From an uncultured SAR86 cluster bacterium (GTDB lineage: Bacteria; Pseudomonadota; Gammaproteobacteria; Magnimaribacterales; AG-339-G14), in contig CABZJI010000001.1 of assembly GCA_902526045.1 (NCBI GenBank), positions 26,482-90,481 of the forward strand: a stretch of 64,000 bases of DNA, in the 5' to 3' direction. The notes beneath the pieces are model-generated. The model searched no databases. It was not told where the DNA came from and worked only from the letters and a program-made list of their open reading frames with translations. The translations under genes and the position numbers were made by a program. Positions within the stretch are counted from its first letter, which is position 1; every line of letters begins with the position of its first letter. Below are positions 1 to 12,427 of the stretch, piece after piece.

Positions 1-59
1 GATTGATTTAGGATTGACAACCTTCTTTTAATTTCAGACCGTGCATCCTCTTTGTTCAT
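1..59 (-). CDS. 5' end of probable 5-formyltetrahydrofolate cyclo-ligase (YgfA/Fau), runs off window
   Basis: Hand translation MNKEDARSEIKRRLSILNQ from ATG at 59; lies directly downstream of 6S RNA, the usual ygfA position. Confidence 0.55.
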   Translation of the reverse strand, partial: MNKEDARSEIKRRLSILNQ

Positions 60-66
60 TAAGGAA

Positions 67-234
67 GTTTCCCAGATTACCGTTAACAAAACTAGACCTG
101 AACCGTCAAGTTCAGGGCGGGAAAATCACCCGCTATCAGGCTGCCCTTAGGGCGCTCAACAAGCAAGGTATCAAGTCCCTTGATTTTAATTATCGGCTCG
201 AGGTTTATTTTGTATATCGAATAACCCAGGAAAC
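67..234 (-). ncRNA. ssrS: 6S RNA
   Basis: Ends pair (GTTTCCTGG / CTGGGAAAC); contains GAGCCGATA and CCTGAAC-TTGACG-GTTCAGG elements typical of gammaproteobacterial 6S; zapA-ssrS-ygfA synteny. Confidence 0.9.
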
Positions 235-255
235 AAAGAAATTATAATTCTTATA

Positions 256-633
256 TCAAAGTTTTGAAAGCTCTGATATTTCTGAGACCAGCTTGAAATT
301 AAGATCTTCATCTTCCTCTTCTGGAATATCTGCTTCTTCAGTTTGACTGCTCTGTAATTCTTTCTTGGTTTCTTCCTTTGGAGATTCTGGCTGATCTATA
401 CTTTCAATCACCTCAGCTCCTTGAGATTGAAGTTTTACCAGATCAGAGGAGATATCCAATGCTGCCAGTACTGAAATTCTCTCCATCGGAAGAGTTTTTA
501 ATTTTCTTTTTGTTGATTTAATTTTTTTGTCCAGTTTTTCAGCTGCTTCTAATAGGTGAGCTTGCTCTTCGATTGGGCACTGAAGTTTGTATTCCAAGCC
601 TCCAATTTTTATTGAAATAATTTCTTCTTCCAT
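256..633 (-). CDS. zapA: Cell division protein ZapA with acidic C-terminal tail
   Basis: IKIGGLEYKLQCP..LLEAAEKLDKKI..ERISVLAALDI pattern; upstream of 6S RNA. Confidence 0.85.
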   Translation of the reverse strand: MEEEIISIKIGGLEYKLQCPIEEQAHLLEAAEKLDKKIKSTKRKLKTLPMERISVLAALDISSDLVKLQSQGAEVIESIDQPESPKEETKKELQSSQTEEADIPEEEDEDLNFKLVSEISELSKL

Positions 634-635
634 AG

Positions 636-824
636 TTATAGATTATCCACTTTATCGATTAAATTCTCTATATTTTCTAGCGCTTCATCCATGCCTTTTT
701 TTAAATTGATATTTTCAAGTTTAAGCTTTTTATTTTTCTTTCTTAAATCTTGATTAGCTTCTCTAAGTTTTTTTGACATTTCTAGAAGCTCTTTTATGTT
801 TTCTTCAATAGAAACTTTAGACAT
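636..824 (-). CDS. Short coiled-coil protein (TIGR02449/ZapB-like)
   Basis: 62 aa heptad-rich helix immediately upstream of zapA, as in Pseudomonas. Confidence 0.6.
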   Translation of the reverse strand: MSKVSIEENIKELLEMSKKLREANQDLRKKNKKLKLENINLKKGMDEALENIENLIDKVDNL

Positions 825-850
825 TCAATTATTCTAACATTCCGTACATA

Positions 851-890
851 AAAAAAAGCACCCTTTGAAAACTCTTAGGGTGCTTCTTTT
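851..890 (-). terminator. Intrinsic terminator after katG
   Basis: AAGCACCCT / AGGGTGCTT inverted repeat followed by a T-run on the minus strand. Confidence 0.75.
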
Positions 891-902
891 TCCAGAAGAA
901 AG

Positions 903-3135
<2,233 letters not shown>

Positions 3136-4041
3136 ATGATCAGTATTAAACAAATAAATTATGCTCTTACAGTGGCAAAAACTTTGCATTTTCGAAGAGC
3201 TGCAGAAATCTGTTTTGTATCTCCTTCAACTTTGAGCAATGCCATAACTGAAATGGAAAATCAGTTGGGCGTCAAAATCTTCGAAAGAGATAATAAAAAA
3301 GTCTTCGTGACCGAACTGGGGAAAGAAATACTTGAAAAATCTAAAACAATCAAAATGCAGCTTGAGGATATACAAAAAATCTCTGAATCTACGAAAGCGC
3401 CTTTATCTCATAACTTATCTATAGGGATTATTCCAACTATAAGTCCTTTCATTCTGCCTTACTTATTGCCAAAGTTAAGTGTTGATTACCCTAAACTGAA
3501 ACTTAAAGTAACTGAGGCGCAGTCTGAAAACCTTTTAGTCATGCTCGAAAACGGTGAAATAGATATGGCTGTTCTTGCGCTCCCTTATAATATTAAAGGG
3601 CTGAAATCCTATAAATTCTGGCAAGAAAACTTCTATTGGATCAGCACAAAAAAAGATACCAGAAGTAAAAGAAATAAAATCAAAGCAAAAGATCTTGATT
3701 TGAATGAACTCATCCTTTTAGAAGAAGGTAATTGTCTGAAAGATCATGTTCTTTCAGCCTGTAAAATTTCCAAAGATACTCAACACGATATAAAAGCAAC
3801 TAGCTTAAATACTCTCATTCAGTTGGTAAAAGGTGGCATGGGAACAACTTTAATTCCTGAGATGGCTCTGGAGCAACTTATTAAAGGTAACAAAAATCTT
3901 TCGATGACAGAATTAGATGAAAACGGACCGCATAGAGAAATTGCCATAATCGTCCGTCAAAATTATTCTGGAATGAGAGATGCTGAAATCTTGTGTTCAA
4001 TACTAAGAACAGAACTTGATATACGATTTTCAAAGCAATAA
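3136..4041 (+). CDS. oxyR: OxyR-type LysR peroxide sensor
   Basis: LysR HTH (LHFRRAAEICFVSPSTLS); GNCLKDHVLSAC has both redox Cys at the C199/C208 spacing; divergent from katG; start reset to ATG 3136. Confidence 0.88.
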   Translation: MISIKQINYALTVAKTLHFRRAAEICFVSPSTLSNAITEMENQLGVKIFERDNKKVFVTELGKEILEKSKTIKMQLEDIQKISESTKAPLSHNLSIGIIPTISPFILPYLLPKLSVDYPKLKLKVTEAQSENLLVMLENGEIDMAVLALPYNIKGLKSYKFWQENFYWISTKKDTRSKRNKIKAKDLDLNELILLEEGNCLKDHVLSACKISKDTQHDIKATSLNTLIQLVKGGMGTTLIPEMALEQLIKGNKNLSMTELDENGPHREIAIIVRQNYSGMRDAEILCSILRTELDIRFSKQ

Positions 4042-4074
4042 ATTACATAAATAAATCTAGGTTAAAATAAATAG

Positions 4075-5364
4075 ATGAATACTTATCAAAAAAGAAGAGA
4101 TGAACTAGTTAATTCTTTGCCAAAAAACTCCTTGGTTCTGATTGCTTCGGCTGATGAAATTATCAGAAACAATGATGCCATGTTCTCTTTCCGTCAGAAC
4201 AGTGATCTTTTGTATTTATCTGCTTTTAACGAGCCTGACTCTATTGCTTTATTTGATACTGACAATAAAAAATTTCATCTATTTTGCAGAGACAAAGATC
4301 CCCTTCGAGAACAGTGGGATGGAAAAAGATTAGGATACAAAGGAGCATCTGATATTGGTGCAGATGAAGGGCATGATATTAAAGAATTTGATTCAAAATT
4401 CTTAGAGTTGATAAAAAACAAAGAAAGGATTTATTTACAAAAGGACAACATCCATCTTTCAACAAAAATTGATGCTCTCGTAGATCAGGCAAAAAAGGAG
4501 TTTGGAAGAACTAACTATTCTTTTCCTGAGGAATTCTTCTCAATATCGCCAATCCTTCATGAAATGAGGCTTTTCAAGGATGAGGATGAAATTTCAATAA
4601 TGAAGAAAGCTTGTTATATTTCTGCTCAAGCTCACATTAGAGCCATGAAATCAGTAAAACCTGGCATGTTCGAGTATGAACTTGAGGCTGAATACGTTCA
4701 CGAATTTATGAAAAACGGTGCTAGAGAGTGCGCTTACACTCCTATCGTGGGTAGTGGTAACAACAGTTGTATTCTTCATTACAATCAGAACGACAGACAA
4801 ATGGAAGATGGCGATCTGGTTTTGGTAGATGCCGGTTGTGAATATCAAGGATATGCAAGTGACATAACAAGAACCTTTCCAGTCAACGGCAAATTCTCTC
4901 CAGAACAAAAGGCGATTTATGAAATTGTTTTGGAAGCTCATAAAAACTGTATTGAGATGCTTAAACCTGGAGTTTCATGGATGCAAGTTCATAAAAAATC
5001 AATAGAGACCATTACCTCTGGATTAATTGATATAGATCTTCTTAAAGGATCTCTGGAGGAGAATATTGAATTGGAGAAATACTCAAAATTTTACATGCAT
5101 AAAGTTGGTCATTGGCTTGGTCTAGATGTTCACGATGTAGGTGGCTATGGATCAGAGGGAAATTGGAGATTGATGGAACAGGGAATGGTTACCACAATTG
5201 AACCTGGCATATACATAAAGGAAGGTCTTGAGGATGTTCCAGAGAAATTCCACAAAATTGGGGTAAGAATCGAGGATGATGTTTTAATAGAAAAAGGTGG
5301 CCATCAAGTTCTCAGTTCAAATGTTCCCACCGACATTAAGTCAATTGAAGACCTGATGTCTTAA
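4075..5364 (+). CDS. pepP: Xaa-Pro aminopeptidase
   Basis: FRQNSDLLYL, VLVDAGCEY..YASDITRTFP, HKVGHWLGLDVHDVG, TIEPGIY, GVRIEDD. Confidence 0.95.
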   Translation: MNTYQKRRDELVNSLPKNSLVLIASADEIIRNNDAMFSFRQNSDLLYLSAFNEPDSIALFDTDNKKFHLFCRDKDPLREQWDGKRLGYKGASDIGADEGHDIKEFDSKFLELIKNKERIYLQKDNIHLSTKIDALVDQAKKEFGRTNYSFPEEFFSISPILHEMRLFKDEDEISIMKKACYISAQAHIRAMKSVKPGMFEYELEAEYVHEFMKNGARECAYTPIVGSGNNSCILHYNQNDRQMEDGDLVLVDAGCEYQGYASDITRTFPVNGKFSPEQKAIYEIVLEAHKNCIEMLKPGVSWMQVHKKSIETITSGLIDIDLLKGSLEENIELEKYSKFYMHKVGHWLGLDVHDVGGYGSEGNWRLMEQGMVTTIEPGIYIKEGLEDVPEKFHKIGVRIEDDVLIEKGGHQVLSSNVPTDIKSIEDLMS

Positions 5365-5387
5365 ATTCCTACTTTACAAAACCAATG

Positions 5388-5418
5388 TTAAAAGTGATCC
5401 TTTTTAGTTCACTTTTAA
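5388..5418. terminator. Hairpin after pepP (terminator or operator)
   Basis: TTAAAAGTGA / TCACTTTTAA 10-bp inverted repeat, 11-nt loop. Confidence 0.35.
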
Positions 5419-5486
5419 AGCTATTTATTGGTAGTCTTGGGTTAATAGATAGCGATAAAAATATAAGTCTTTACAGGAAATGTACT

Positions 5487-6311
5487 TTGGAAATTTTTCT
5501 TTTACTCTTGGCCTTACTAGCAGCTGGTTGCTTAGCAGGAGTAACGGCAGGGCTTTTTGGAAATGGAGGTGGTTTTATAATTGTGCCAACTCTAGTTATT
5601 TTTTTTTCACTTACAGGGAACGCATCTGAAAACATGATATACGTCGCAGTGGGTACCTCATTAGCATGCATCATATTTTCTTCTGGAAGGGCATTGATAT
5701 CTCACTTAAGTTTAGGAGCTGTTGATTTAATGATTCTTAAGTTGTGGGCACCGTGGTTGGTGATTGGTTGCTTAATAGGAACATATTTAGCGTCACTCAC
5801 CAGTGCTAATCAATTCTATGAAATATTTGCAACTGGTGTTTTATTTTTTGCAATTTATTTCCTCTTCCCAAGATTTTTTTACAATTTGAAAATGAAGTTC
5901 ACAATGCCCACTGGCTTGATCATGATTTTTTTCGCATCTTTTCTTGGTGGTTTTTCTACCTTGCTTGGAATTGCAGGCGGCACAATAACTGTGATAACGA
6001 TGTCTTTATCTCAAAAACCTATGTATGAAGCAGTAGCAACAGCATCTGGAGTAGGTCTCATAATTGGAGTCTCTGGAACATTAGGGTTTTTTATCTTAGG
6101 TTTTGGGATAGAAGATTTACCATTCGGATCGGTAAGCTTTATAAATCTGCCTGCGATGATTTTAATTGCTTCTATGTCATTGATAACAGCTCCTATTGGA
6201 GTTAAGTGGGCACATAATTTAGATGATATGAAGTTAAAACGAATATTTGGTTTTTATTTGATGATTGTTTCAATGGGTATGTTTTGGAAAGCAAACTTAG
6301 GTATCAACTAA
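5487..6311 (+). CDS. TSUP (TauE/SafE) family membrane transporter
   Basis: AGLFGNGGGFIIVP, VAVGTSLA, STLLGIAGG, AVATAS motifs; multi-TM; start reset to TTG 5487 after AGGA. Confidence 0.85.
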   Translation: MEIFLLLLALLAAGCLAGVTAGLFGNGGGFIIVPTLVIFFSLTGNASENMIYVAVGTSLACIIFSSGRALISHLSLGAVDLMILKLWAPWLVIGCLIGTYLASLTSANQFYEIFATGVLFFAIYFLFPRFFYNLKMKFTMPTGLIMIFFASFLGGFSTLLGIAGGTITVITMSLSQKPMYEAVATASGVGLIIGVSGTLGFFILGFGIEDLPFGSVSFINLPAMILIASMSLITAPIGVKWAHNLDDMKLKRIFGFYLMIVSMGMFWKANLGIN

Positions 6312-6332
6312 ATTTTGAAATGAGAAAATATT

Positions 6333-7526
6333 ATGAATGAAAAGAAAATAACAAGAAGGTCGTTCTTAAAAGGAACTCTTTTAACCGTAGGAGCAGCAAT
6401 TGCTTCGCCTGTATTAAGTCAAGTTGCTCCTCTAACATTGAGAGACCCAAGTCAAAACACTAAATCCTCCGAATTTATGCAGAGATCTGTGTCTCGAGTT
6501 AATTACGGACCTTCATATGGAATAGCCAAATTAAATGCTAATGAAAATCCATATGGGCCAAGTCCTGAAGCTTTAAATGCAATGAATAAGGCAATTCAAA
6601 AAGGTTCTTATTATGTGACAGCTGTCACAAAATTAAAAGAAATGATTGCAGAGAAAAATAATGTTACTCCTGATCACATTTTAATTGGTTCGGGATCAAG
6701 TGCTCCTCTTCAGTGGCTTGCAACAAAAGTAACCAGAAAAGGGCATATTCTTGGTCCAGATCTCTTTTGGGATACTACCTCTATTATGGGCAGTAAGAAT
6801 AATCAATTCACTCTTGAAAGATTACCTAAATCCTCTGATTTATCTATCAATTTGGATGATATGGAAAAATTTGTAACTCCCAATACATCATTAATTCAGA
6901 TTACTAACCCAAACAATCCAACTGGGTTAACTATTTCCCCAACTAAGCTAAAAGAATTCTGTAAAAAATTATCAAAGAAAGTATTAGTTTTAGTTGATGA
7001 GGCTTACAACGAATTAACTCCTCAACCAGAAAAAAATACTATGGTTCCTCTTGTAAGAAAAGGTTTTGATGTTGTTGTTGCGAGAACTTTTTCAAAAATT
7101 TATGGACTCGCTGGTATGAGAGTTGGATATATAATAGCCAAACCAGAATTAATAGAAAAAATAGCTTCCTTTGGGCTTGGAGATTATTCTCTTAATCAAG
7201 CTGGAGTTGCTGGAGCGATTGCTTCTTACAACGACGAAGTCTTTTTGAAGTTTTCAAAACAAAAAATTATAGAAGCAAGAGAAATAATTGAAGAAGCTGT
7301 AAAAGTTAATGGTCTTCAATCATTGTCTAGTACTACTAATTTTGTATTTGTGAATTTAGGTGATTTAAATGCCGAAAGTTTTAGGAAGGAAATGGCAAAA
7401 GAGAATGTACTTGTCAGAGGTATATATAGGGACTACTCCCATTGGTCCAGGGTAAGCACTGGAAAAATTGAAGATGTAATTCAATATGCAAATGCTCTAC
7501 CTAGAGTTTTAGAAAAGATAGCTTAG
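6333..7526 (+). CDS. Tat-signal PLP-dependent aminotransferase (class I/II, HisC-like)
   Basis: TRRSFLKG twin-arginine signal; LNANENPYG, NPNNPTG, VDEAY, RTFSKIYGLAGMRVGY (PLP Lys). Confidence 0.85.
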   Translation: MNEKKITRRSFLKGTLLTVGAAIASPVLSQVAPLTLRDPSQNTKSSEFMQRSVSRVNYGPSYGIAKLNANENPYGPSPEALNAMNKAIQKGSYYVTAVTKLKEMIAEKNNVTPDHILIGSGSSAPLQWLATKVTRKGHILGPDLFWDTTSIMGSKNNQFTLERLPKSSDLSINLDDMEKFVTPNTSLIQITNPNNPTGLTISPTKLKEFCKKLSKKVLVLVDEAYNELTPQPEKNTMVPLVRKGFDVVVARTFSKIYGLAGMRVGYIIAKPELIEKIASFGLGDYSLNQAGVAGAIASYNDEVFLKFSKQKIIEAREIIEEAVKVNGLQSLSSTTNFVFVNLGDLNAESFRKEMAKENVLVRGIYRDYSHWSRVSTGKIEDVIQYANALPRVLEKIA

Positions 7527-7599
7527 ATAGTCAATTTATTAATTACTTGATTTTATTCGAGATAACCTAGCTGAAACTCGCTATTATTAAAACATTAAA

Positions 7600-8736
7600 A
7601 TGAACTATGATGCCATGGTAATTGGAAGTGGAGTTGTTGGAACTGCAACTGCACTTGGTTTGGCAATGAAAGGTTTCAAGATTGGAATTGTTGATCAATC
7701 TTCATCTCCTCCTAATTCTCCAAGGCATCTTTCTGTAAATAAAAAAAGCTCAAAATTTTTGAGTTCCCTTGAGCTCTGGGATGAAGTTGTTACTTCATCT
7801 ATGCCATATTCAAAAATTCAAGTATGGGACCGAGAGGGAACAGGAAGGATAGAGTTTTCATCTGAAGACATAAATGAAAAATCACTGGGTTACATAATCA
7901 AAGAAGGTAACCTTCAAAAAGGTTTATTGAATCGATTGCAAGAATATGATGTAGATTTTTTTTGGTCTGAAAAATTAACTGAAATGAAAGAGGATAAAGA
8001 CAGTTTAATACTGTATTTGGATTCGGGTAAAAAAATTTTTAGTAAATCTATTTTAGGAGCTGATGGCCTTAATTCTACTGTTAGAAAATTAGGAAATTTC
8101 AAAGTTAAATCTTGGTCTTATGATCAGAGTGCAATTGTCGCTCAGATTGATTCTGATAGAGATCTAAATGGAATAATTAAGCAGTCATTCACAAAATATG
8201 GACCATTAGCCTTGTTACCAATAAATAAAAATCAAATGACAATGATTTGGTCTATCGATCAGGAAAAAATAAATGATTTTGTGTCTCTTAAGGATGAAGA
8301 ATTCATAAAAGTTTTAAAAAATGAATTTGGCGAAGAAATTTATAATCCATCAATTTCTTCTGAGAGGATTATCTTCCCTCTCCAGCATCTAACTGCGATT
8401 GGATTTGCAAAAAAGAAGATTGCTTTACTTGGTGATGCAGCCCATCATGTGCATCCACTCGCGGGGCTGGGTTTAAATTCTGGTCTAGGAGATGCTGAGT
8501 GTTTAGTGAAATTATTTGATAGCTATCCTGCAATTTCAGCAGAAAGTTTATTCAAAAAATATAATAATGAAAGACTACCTACCAATGTAGGTTTAGCCGC
8601 CGCAATGGAGTTATTTAAAAGAGGATTTGGAAATCAAGACATTTGGTTAAAAACTTTTAGAAATTCAGTTTTTAAGCTTGTAAATAGAGAAAAAGATATT
8701 AAAAAAATCTTTATTAACTTAGCAACTAATCTTTAA
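7600..8736 (+). CDS. UbiH/UbiI/UbiF family FAD-dependent hydroxylase
   Basis: VIGSGVVG FAD motif, GADGLNSTVR, LLGDAAHHVHPLAGLGLNSG; downstream of pepP. Confidence 0.88.
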   Translation: MNYDAMVIGSGVVGTATALGLAMKGFKIGIVDQSSSPPNSPRHLSVNKKSSKFLSSLELWDEVVTSSMPYSKIQVWDREGTGRIEFSSEDINEKSLGYIIKEGNLQKGLLNRLQEYDVDFFWSEKLTEMKEDKDSLILYLDSGKKIFSKSILGADGLNSTVRKLGNFKVKSWSYDQSAIVAQIDSDRDLNGIIKQSFTKYGPLALLPINKNQMTMIWSIDQEKINDFVSLKDEEFIKVLKNEFGEEIYNPSISSERIIFPLQHLTAIGFAKKKIALLGDAAHHVHPLAGLGLNSGLGDAECLVKLFDSYPAISAESLFKKYNNERLPTNVGLAAAMELFKRGFGNQDIWLKTFRNSVFKLVNREKDIKKIFINLATNL

Positions 8737-9595
8737 TTTTTACGCGAAGTTTTTTTATTTGCCTTCTGCTTGCAGATACAACAGTGAATTTGTATCCATT
8801 AATTTCAACCGATTCATTTAAGGCTGGGAATCTTGCAAATTCTTTTAAAACAACTCCACCAATTGTATCGAAGTCATCGGCCATAAATTTGGAACCAAAC
8901 TCATCATTGAAATCGTCCAAATCGATTAACGCTGGAACCAAATATTCATTATCAGAAACCTGAAGAATTTGAGTTTCTTCATCTATATCTGTCTCATCTT
9001 CAATCTCACCAACTATTTCTTCTAATATATCTTCAATTGTTACAAGACCACTGACAGAGCCATATTCATCTACAACAATCGCCATGTGGTATCTTTTTTT
9101 TCTGAATTCTTCTAATAATGAATCCAGCTTTTTACTTTCAGGTATGAAGTTTACTGGTCTCATAACTTGATCTAGGTAAAAAGACTTTGATGAATCAAAA
9201 CCGTAAGGAAGTAATTCTTTTGCAAGCAGAATCCCTTTAACTTCTTCTGAATCTTCATCTACAACAGGAAATCTTGAGTGTGAAGAATCAATAATTCTAG
9301 AAAGGAATTCTTTAGGCTTTTCATTGTGCCTGACTACAATCATCTGAGGCCTTGGAATCATCACATCCCTTACCTGCATTGAAGAAAATTCTAATGTCTC
9401 TTCCATCATATCCAGAATATTTTTATCGATAAGATTCATTTCTTCTGCTTCTTTAAGGACTCCGCTAAGTTCTCGTTGGTTCATAGGAGTATATGAGACC
9501 CTCTTGTAGAGGCCTCTAACAAAAAGTTTAATTTTTTTGAAAAATCCTAAGCCTTTTTTAGACTCAGGCGATGTACTTGGAGGTTCTTCTATCAT
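8726..9595 (-). CDS. corC: CBS/CorC Mg-Co transport protein
   Basis: VRDVMIPR, HSRFPV, HMAIVVDEYGSVSGLVTIEDILEEIVGEIEDE. Confidence 0.92.
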   Translation of the reverse strand: MIEEPPSTSPESKKGLGFFKKIKLFVRGLYKRVSYTPMNQRELSGVLKEAEEMNLIDKNILDMMEETLEFSSMQVRDVMIPRPQMIVVRHNEKPKEFLSRIIDSSHSRFPVVDEDSEEVKGILLAKELLPYGFDSSKSFYLDQVMRPVNFIPESKKLDSLLEEFRKKRYHMAIVVDEYGSVSGLVTIEDILEEIVGEIEDETDIDEETQILQVSDNEYLVPALIDLDDFNDEFGSKFMADDFDTIGGVVLKEFARFPALNESVEINGYKFTVVSASRRQIKKLRVKIKD

Positions 9596-10054
9596 TTAAT
9601 AAACATAAGGATCTGCGAAATTAAGTTTTCCCATTAATTCTTTCTCGATAGATTCCATATTTTTTCTATTATCCATATTTTCGTGAGAAAAACCCAGTAA
9701 ATGAAGAACGGCATGAATAATCAGATGATAAAGTCTGGATTCAAAACTTTTTCCGTATTTTCTGGCTTCATCATCAATTATTTGGGGACAAATAGCTATT
9801 TCTCCAAGAAAACCTTGCTCAATTAAAAAATTACTTTCGGGATAAAAAGACAATGCATTTGTAGGTGTATCCTTGTTTCTAAACTCTTTATTCAAAGCAG
9901 ATATTTCATCCACTTTGCAAAACTTTATATTGACCGATTTACCGGCACTTTTCTCGAATCTCTCTTCAATTAAAGCTAAGACTTCGCTGATTTTCTTTTT
10001 TGAGGGTATAGAAAATTTATTGAATTTTTTTGAGTTGGATAATGAAAGTTTCAT
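9596..10054 (-). CDS. ybeY: rRNA maturation endoribonuclease YbeY
   Basis: LNKEFRNKDTPTNALSF and HAVLHLLGFSH zinc motif. Confidence 0.93.
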   Translation of the reverse strand: MKLSLSNSKKFNKFSIPSKKKISEVLALIEERFEKSAGKSVNIKFCKVDEISALNKEFRNKDTPTNALSFYPESNFLIEQGFLGEIAICPQIIDDEARKYGKSFESRLYHLIIHAVLHLLGFSHENMDNRKNMESIEKELMGKLNFADPYVY

Positions 10055-11040
10055 TCCTTTTCGTGAGAATCATATGCCTCGATAATTCTTTGAACTAAAC
10101 CATGTCGGACTACGTCTTTTGATTCAAAACGACTGAAAGAAATATTCTTTTCACCCTCTAAGACTTCAATAGCATCCAATAGGCCTGATCTTGAGCCTTT
10201 GGGAAGATCCGTTTGGGTTATGTCACCAGTTACAATGGCTGATGAACCAAAACCGATTCTAGTCAAAAACATTTTCATTTGGGATTTTGTACAGTTCTGA
10301 GCTTCATCTAATATGATGTATGAATTATTCAAAGTCCTTCCTCTCATGTAGGCCAACGGTGCCAACTCAATTATTCCTCTCTCCAAAAGTTTATTGACCC
10401 TTTCAGGACCAATCATTTCATATAAAGCATCGTAGAGAGGCTTTAGGTAAGGATCAACTTTTTGAGATAAATCACCCGGAAGAAAACCCAGGTGTTCACC
10501 AGCCTCAACTGCAGGTCTAGCCAAGATTATTTTTTGAACCTTATTCAGCATCAGTTCTGAGACTGCAACAGCGACAGCAAGATAGGTTTTACCTGTTCCT
10601 GCCGGACCAATTCCAAAAGTTAAATCGTTTTTTAAAATTTCTTTCAGAAATTTTTCCTGTGAAACATTTCTTGGTGAAATGACTAACTTTGGGGTTTTTA
10701 TTTGAATGATTTTTGCAAAATTATCTTTTTCCTTTGGTCTTGATAAATTTCCTGAATCAACTTGAACGCTTGTTGACTGAGCCTTTCTAATGAATAAATG
10801 GACTTCGCCAGGCGTAATTAATTCTGACTTTTCAGCTTTTAAATGAAGAGTTTCAATAACTTCCTTCCCGGCTTTTATTGCCTCAGTATTTCCAACCAAA
10901 GAGAAGCTATTCCCTCTACTCTTAACTTTTATTCCTAAAGAATCTTGAATTTGATTAATATTAGCGTTTACAGGTCCGAAAACTTTAGAAAGTATTGATG
11001 AATCTTCCGAGCTTAATTTAAATTTAATTTCCTGAGTCAT
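10051..11040 (-). CDS. ybeZ: PhoH-like ATPase YbeZ
   Basis: GPAGTGKT, RPAVEAGEHLGFLPG, LAYMRGRTL, ILDEAQN. Confidence 0.95.
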   Translation of the reverse strand: MTQEIKFKLSSEDSSILSKVFGPVNANINQIQDSLGIKVKSRGNSFSLVGNTEAIKAGKEVIETLHLKAEKSELITPGEVHLFIRKAQSTSVQVDSGNLSRPKEKDNFAKIIQIKTPKLVISPRNVSQEKFLKEILKNDLTFGIGPAGTGKTYLAVAVAVSELMLNKVQKIILARPAVEAGEHLGFLPGDLSQKVDPYLKPLYDALYEMIGPERVNKLLERGIIELAPLAYMRGRTLNNSYIILDEAQNCTKSQMKMFLTRIGFGSSAIVTGDITQTDLPKGSRSGLLDAIEVLEGEKNISFSRFESKDVVRHGLVQRIIEAYDSHEKE

Positions 11041-11047
11041 TGAGCTA

Positions 11048-12373
11048 TTAAGAAAGGTCTTTAACTTCTCCTCTTAAAGAATTCGTATAGGCATCAAGAA
11101 TTTTCAAATTTATAAAATCTCCAATTTTGTGTTTTTTTGGTCTGAAATTGACAACTCTATCATTGATAGTTCTAGCTTGAAATTCGCCTGGATCTTTCTT
11201 TGACCTTGCAGTAATTAAACAATTTTGTGTAGATCCAACCATTTTCCTGCTATAACCATATGATAGCTGATTAAGTCTATTTTGTAAGATGTCCAACCTT
11301 AATTTTTTTTCTTCTAGAGGTACGCAATCAGGCATCTCTGCAGCCGGTGTATTTGGTCTAGGAGAATAAATGAAACTATAGGACTCATCAAAACCTACTT
11401 CATTGACAATATCCATAGTAGCTTGGAAATCTTCTTCTGATTCGTCGGGGAAACCAACTATAAAATCTGAAGAAAAACTCATGTCAGGTCTTGCGGATTT
11501 AATTCTGTTTATAAGATCTAAATATTTCTCCACGGTGTATCGTCTCCTCATTAATTTTAAAATTCTGTCAGACCCACTTTGAACTGGAAGATGAACATGA
11601 CTGACAAGTTCGGGCACAGACCCATAAACTTCCACTAAGTCATCTTTGAATTCATGAGGATGACTGGTTGTAAATCTAATTCTTTCTATATTTGCTATTT
11701 TTGCTACTTCCACAATTAACTTAGCTAAGGATGATTTATCTCCATTCTGAAGCCCCTTGAAATTATTTACGTTTTGACCTAGAAGGTGAATTTCTCTAGT
11801 TCCGTTATCTGCTAAGGCAGAAACTTCATTTAGGATATCATCGAAGTTTCTAGATACTTCATGACCTCTCGTGTGAGGAACTACACAAAAAGAACAATAT
11901 TTATTACATCCCTCCATGACAGAAACAAAAGAAGAAGGCTCTCCATAGTCAGGAGTTGGTATGTGATCAAATTTTTCAATCTTTGGAAATGATATATCTA
12001 TTTGAGATCTGTCATCAATTTCATTGTTTTTAATCAGGTCAGGAAGTTTATGAAGAGTCTGGGGACCAAAAACTATATCGACTGATGGGGCCCTTTTGAT
12101 GATTTTTTCTCCCTCTTGAGATGCAACACACCCTCCAATCGCTATTTTTAAATCAGGATTAGAATCTTTTATCTTTTTCCATCTACCAATTTGATGAAAT
12201 ACTTTTTCTTGAGCTTTTTCTCTTATCGAGCAGGTATTCAAAATTAGTAGGTCAGCTTGTTGCTCAGACTCAGCAAGCTCATAGTCTTCTTCACTTCTGA
12301 GAAGATCAAGCATTTTGGCTGAATCGTACTCATTCATCTGACAGCCGTGCGTTTTAATAAAAACTTTCTTCAT
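11048..12373 (-). CDS. miaB: tRNA methylthiotransferase MiaB
   Basis: [32 protein letters not shown] radical-SAM motif, TRAM domain. Confidence 0.97.
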   Translation of the reverse strand: MKKVFIKTHGCQMNEYDSAKMLDLLRSEEDYELAESEQQADLLILNTCSIREKAQEKVFHQIGRWKKIKDSNPDLKIAIGGCVASQEGEKIIKRAPSVDIVFGPQTLHKLPDLIKNNEIDDRSQIDISFPKIEKFDHIPTPDYGEPSSFVSVMEGCNKYCSFCVVPHTRGHEVSRNFDDILNEVSALADNGTREIHLLGQNVNNFKGLQNGDKSSLAKLIVEVAKIANIERIRFTTSHPHEFKDDLVEVYGSVPELVSHVHLPVQSGSDRILKLMRRRYTVEKYLDLINRIKSARPDMSFSSDFIVGFPDESEEDFQATMDIVNEVGFDESYSFIYSPRPNTPAAEMPDCVPLEEKKLRLDILQNRLNQLSYGYSRKMVGSTQNCLITARSKKDPGEFQARTINDRVVNFRPKKHKIGDFINLKILDAYTNSLRGEVKDLS

Positions 12374-12427
12374 TTCAAATATAAGATTCGCAACTATATA
12401 GGCTTGAGAAAAAAAGAAAAGGTCTGA

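Noticed and set aside
41-247. 68-aa plus-strand ORF
   Set aside because: Antisense to 6S RNA and the ygfA start; no recognisable protein features
5385-5486. N-terminal extension of the TSUP ORF
   Set aside because: Overlaps the hairpin after pepP; the family fold starts near TTG 5487
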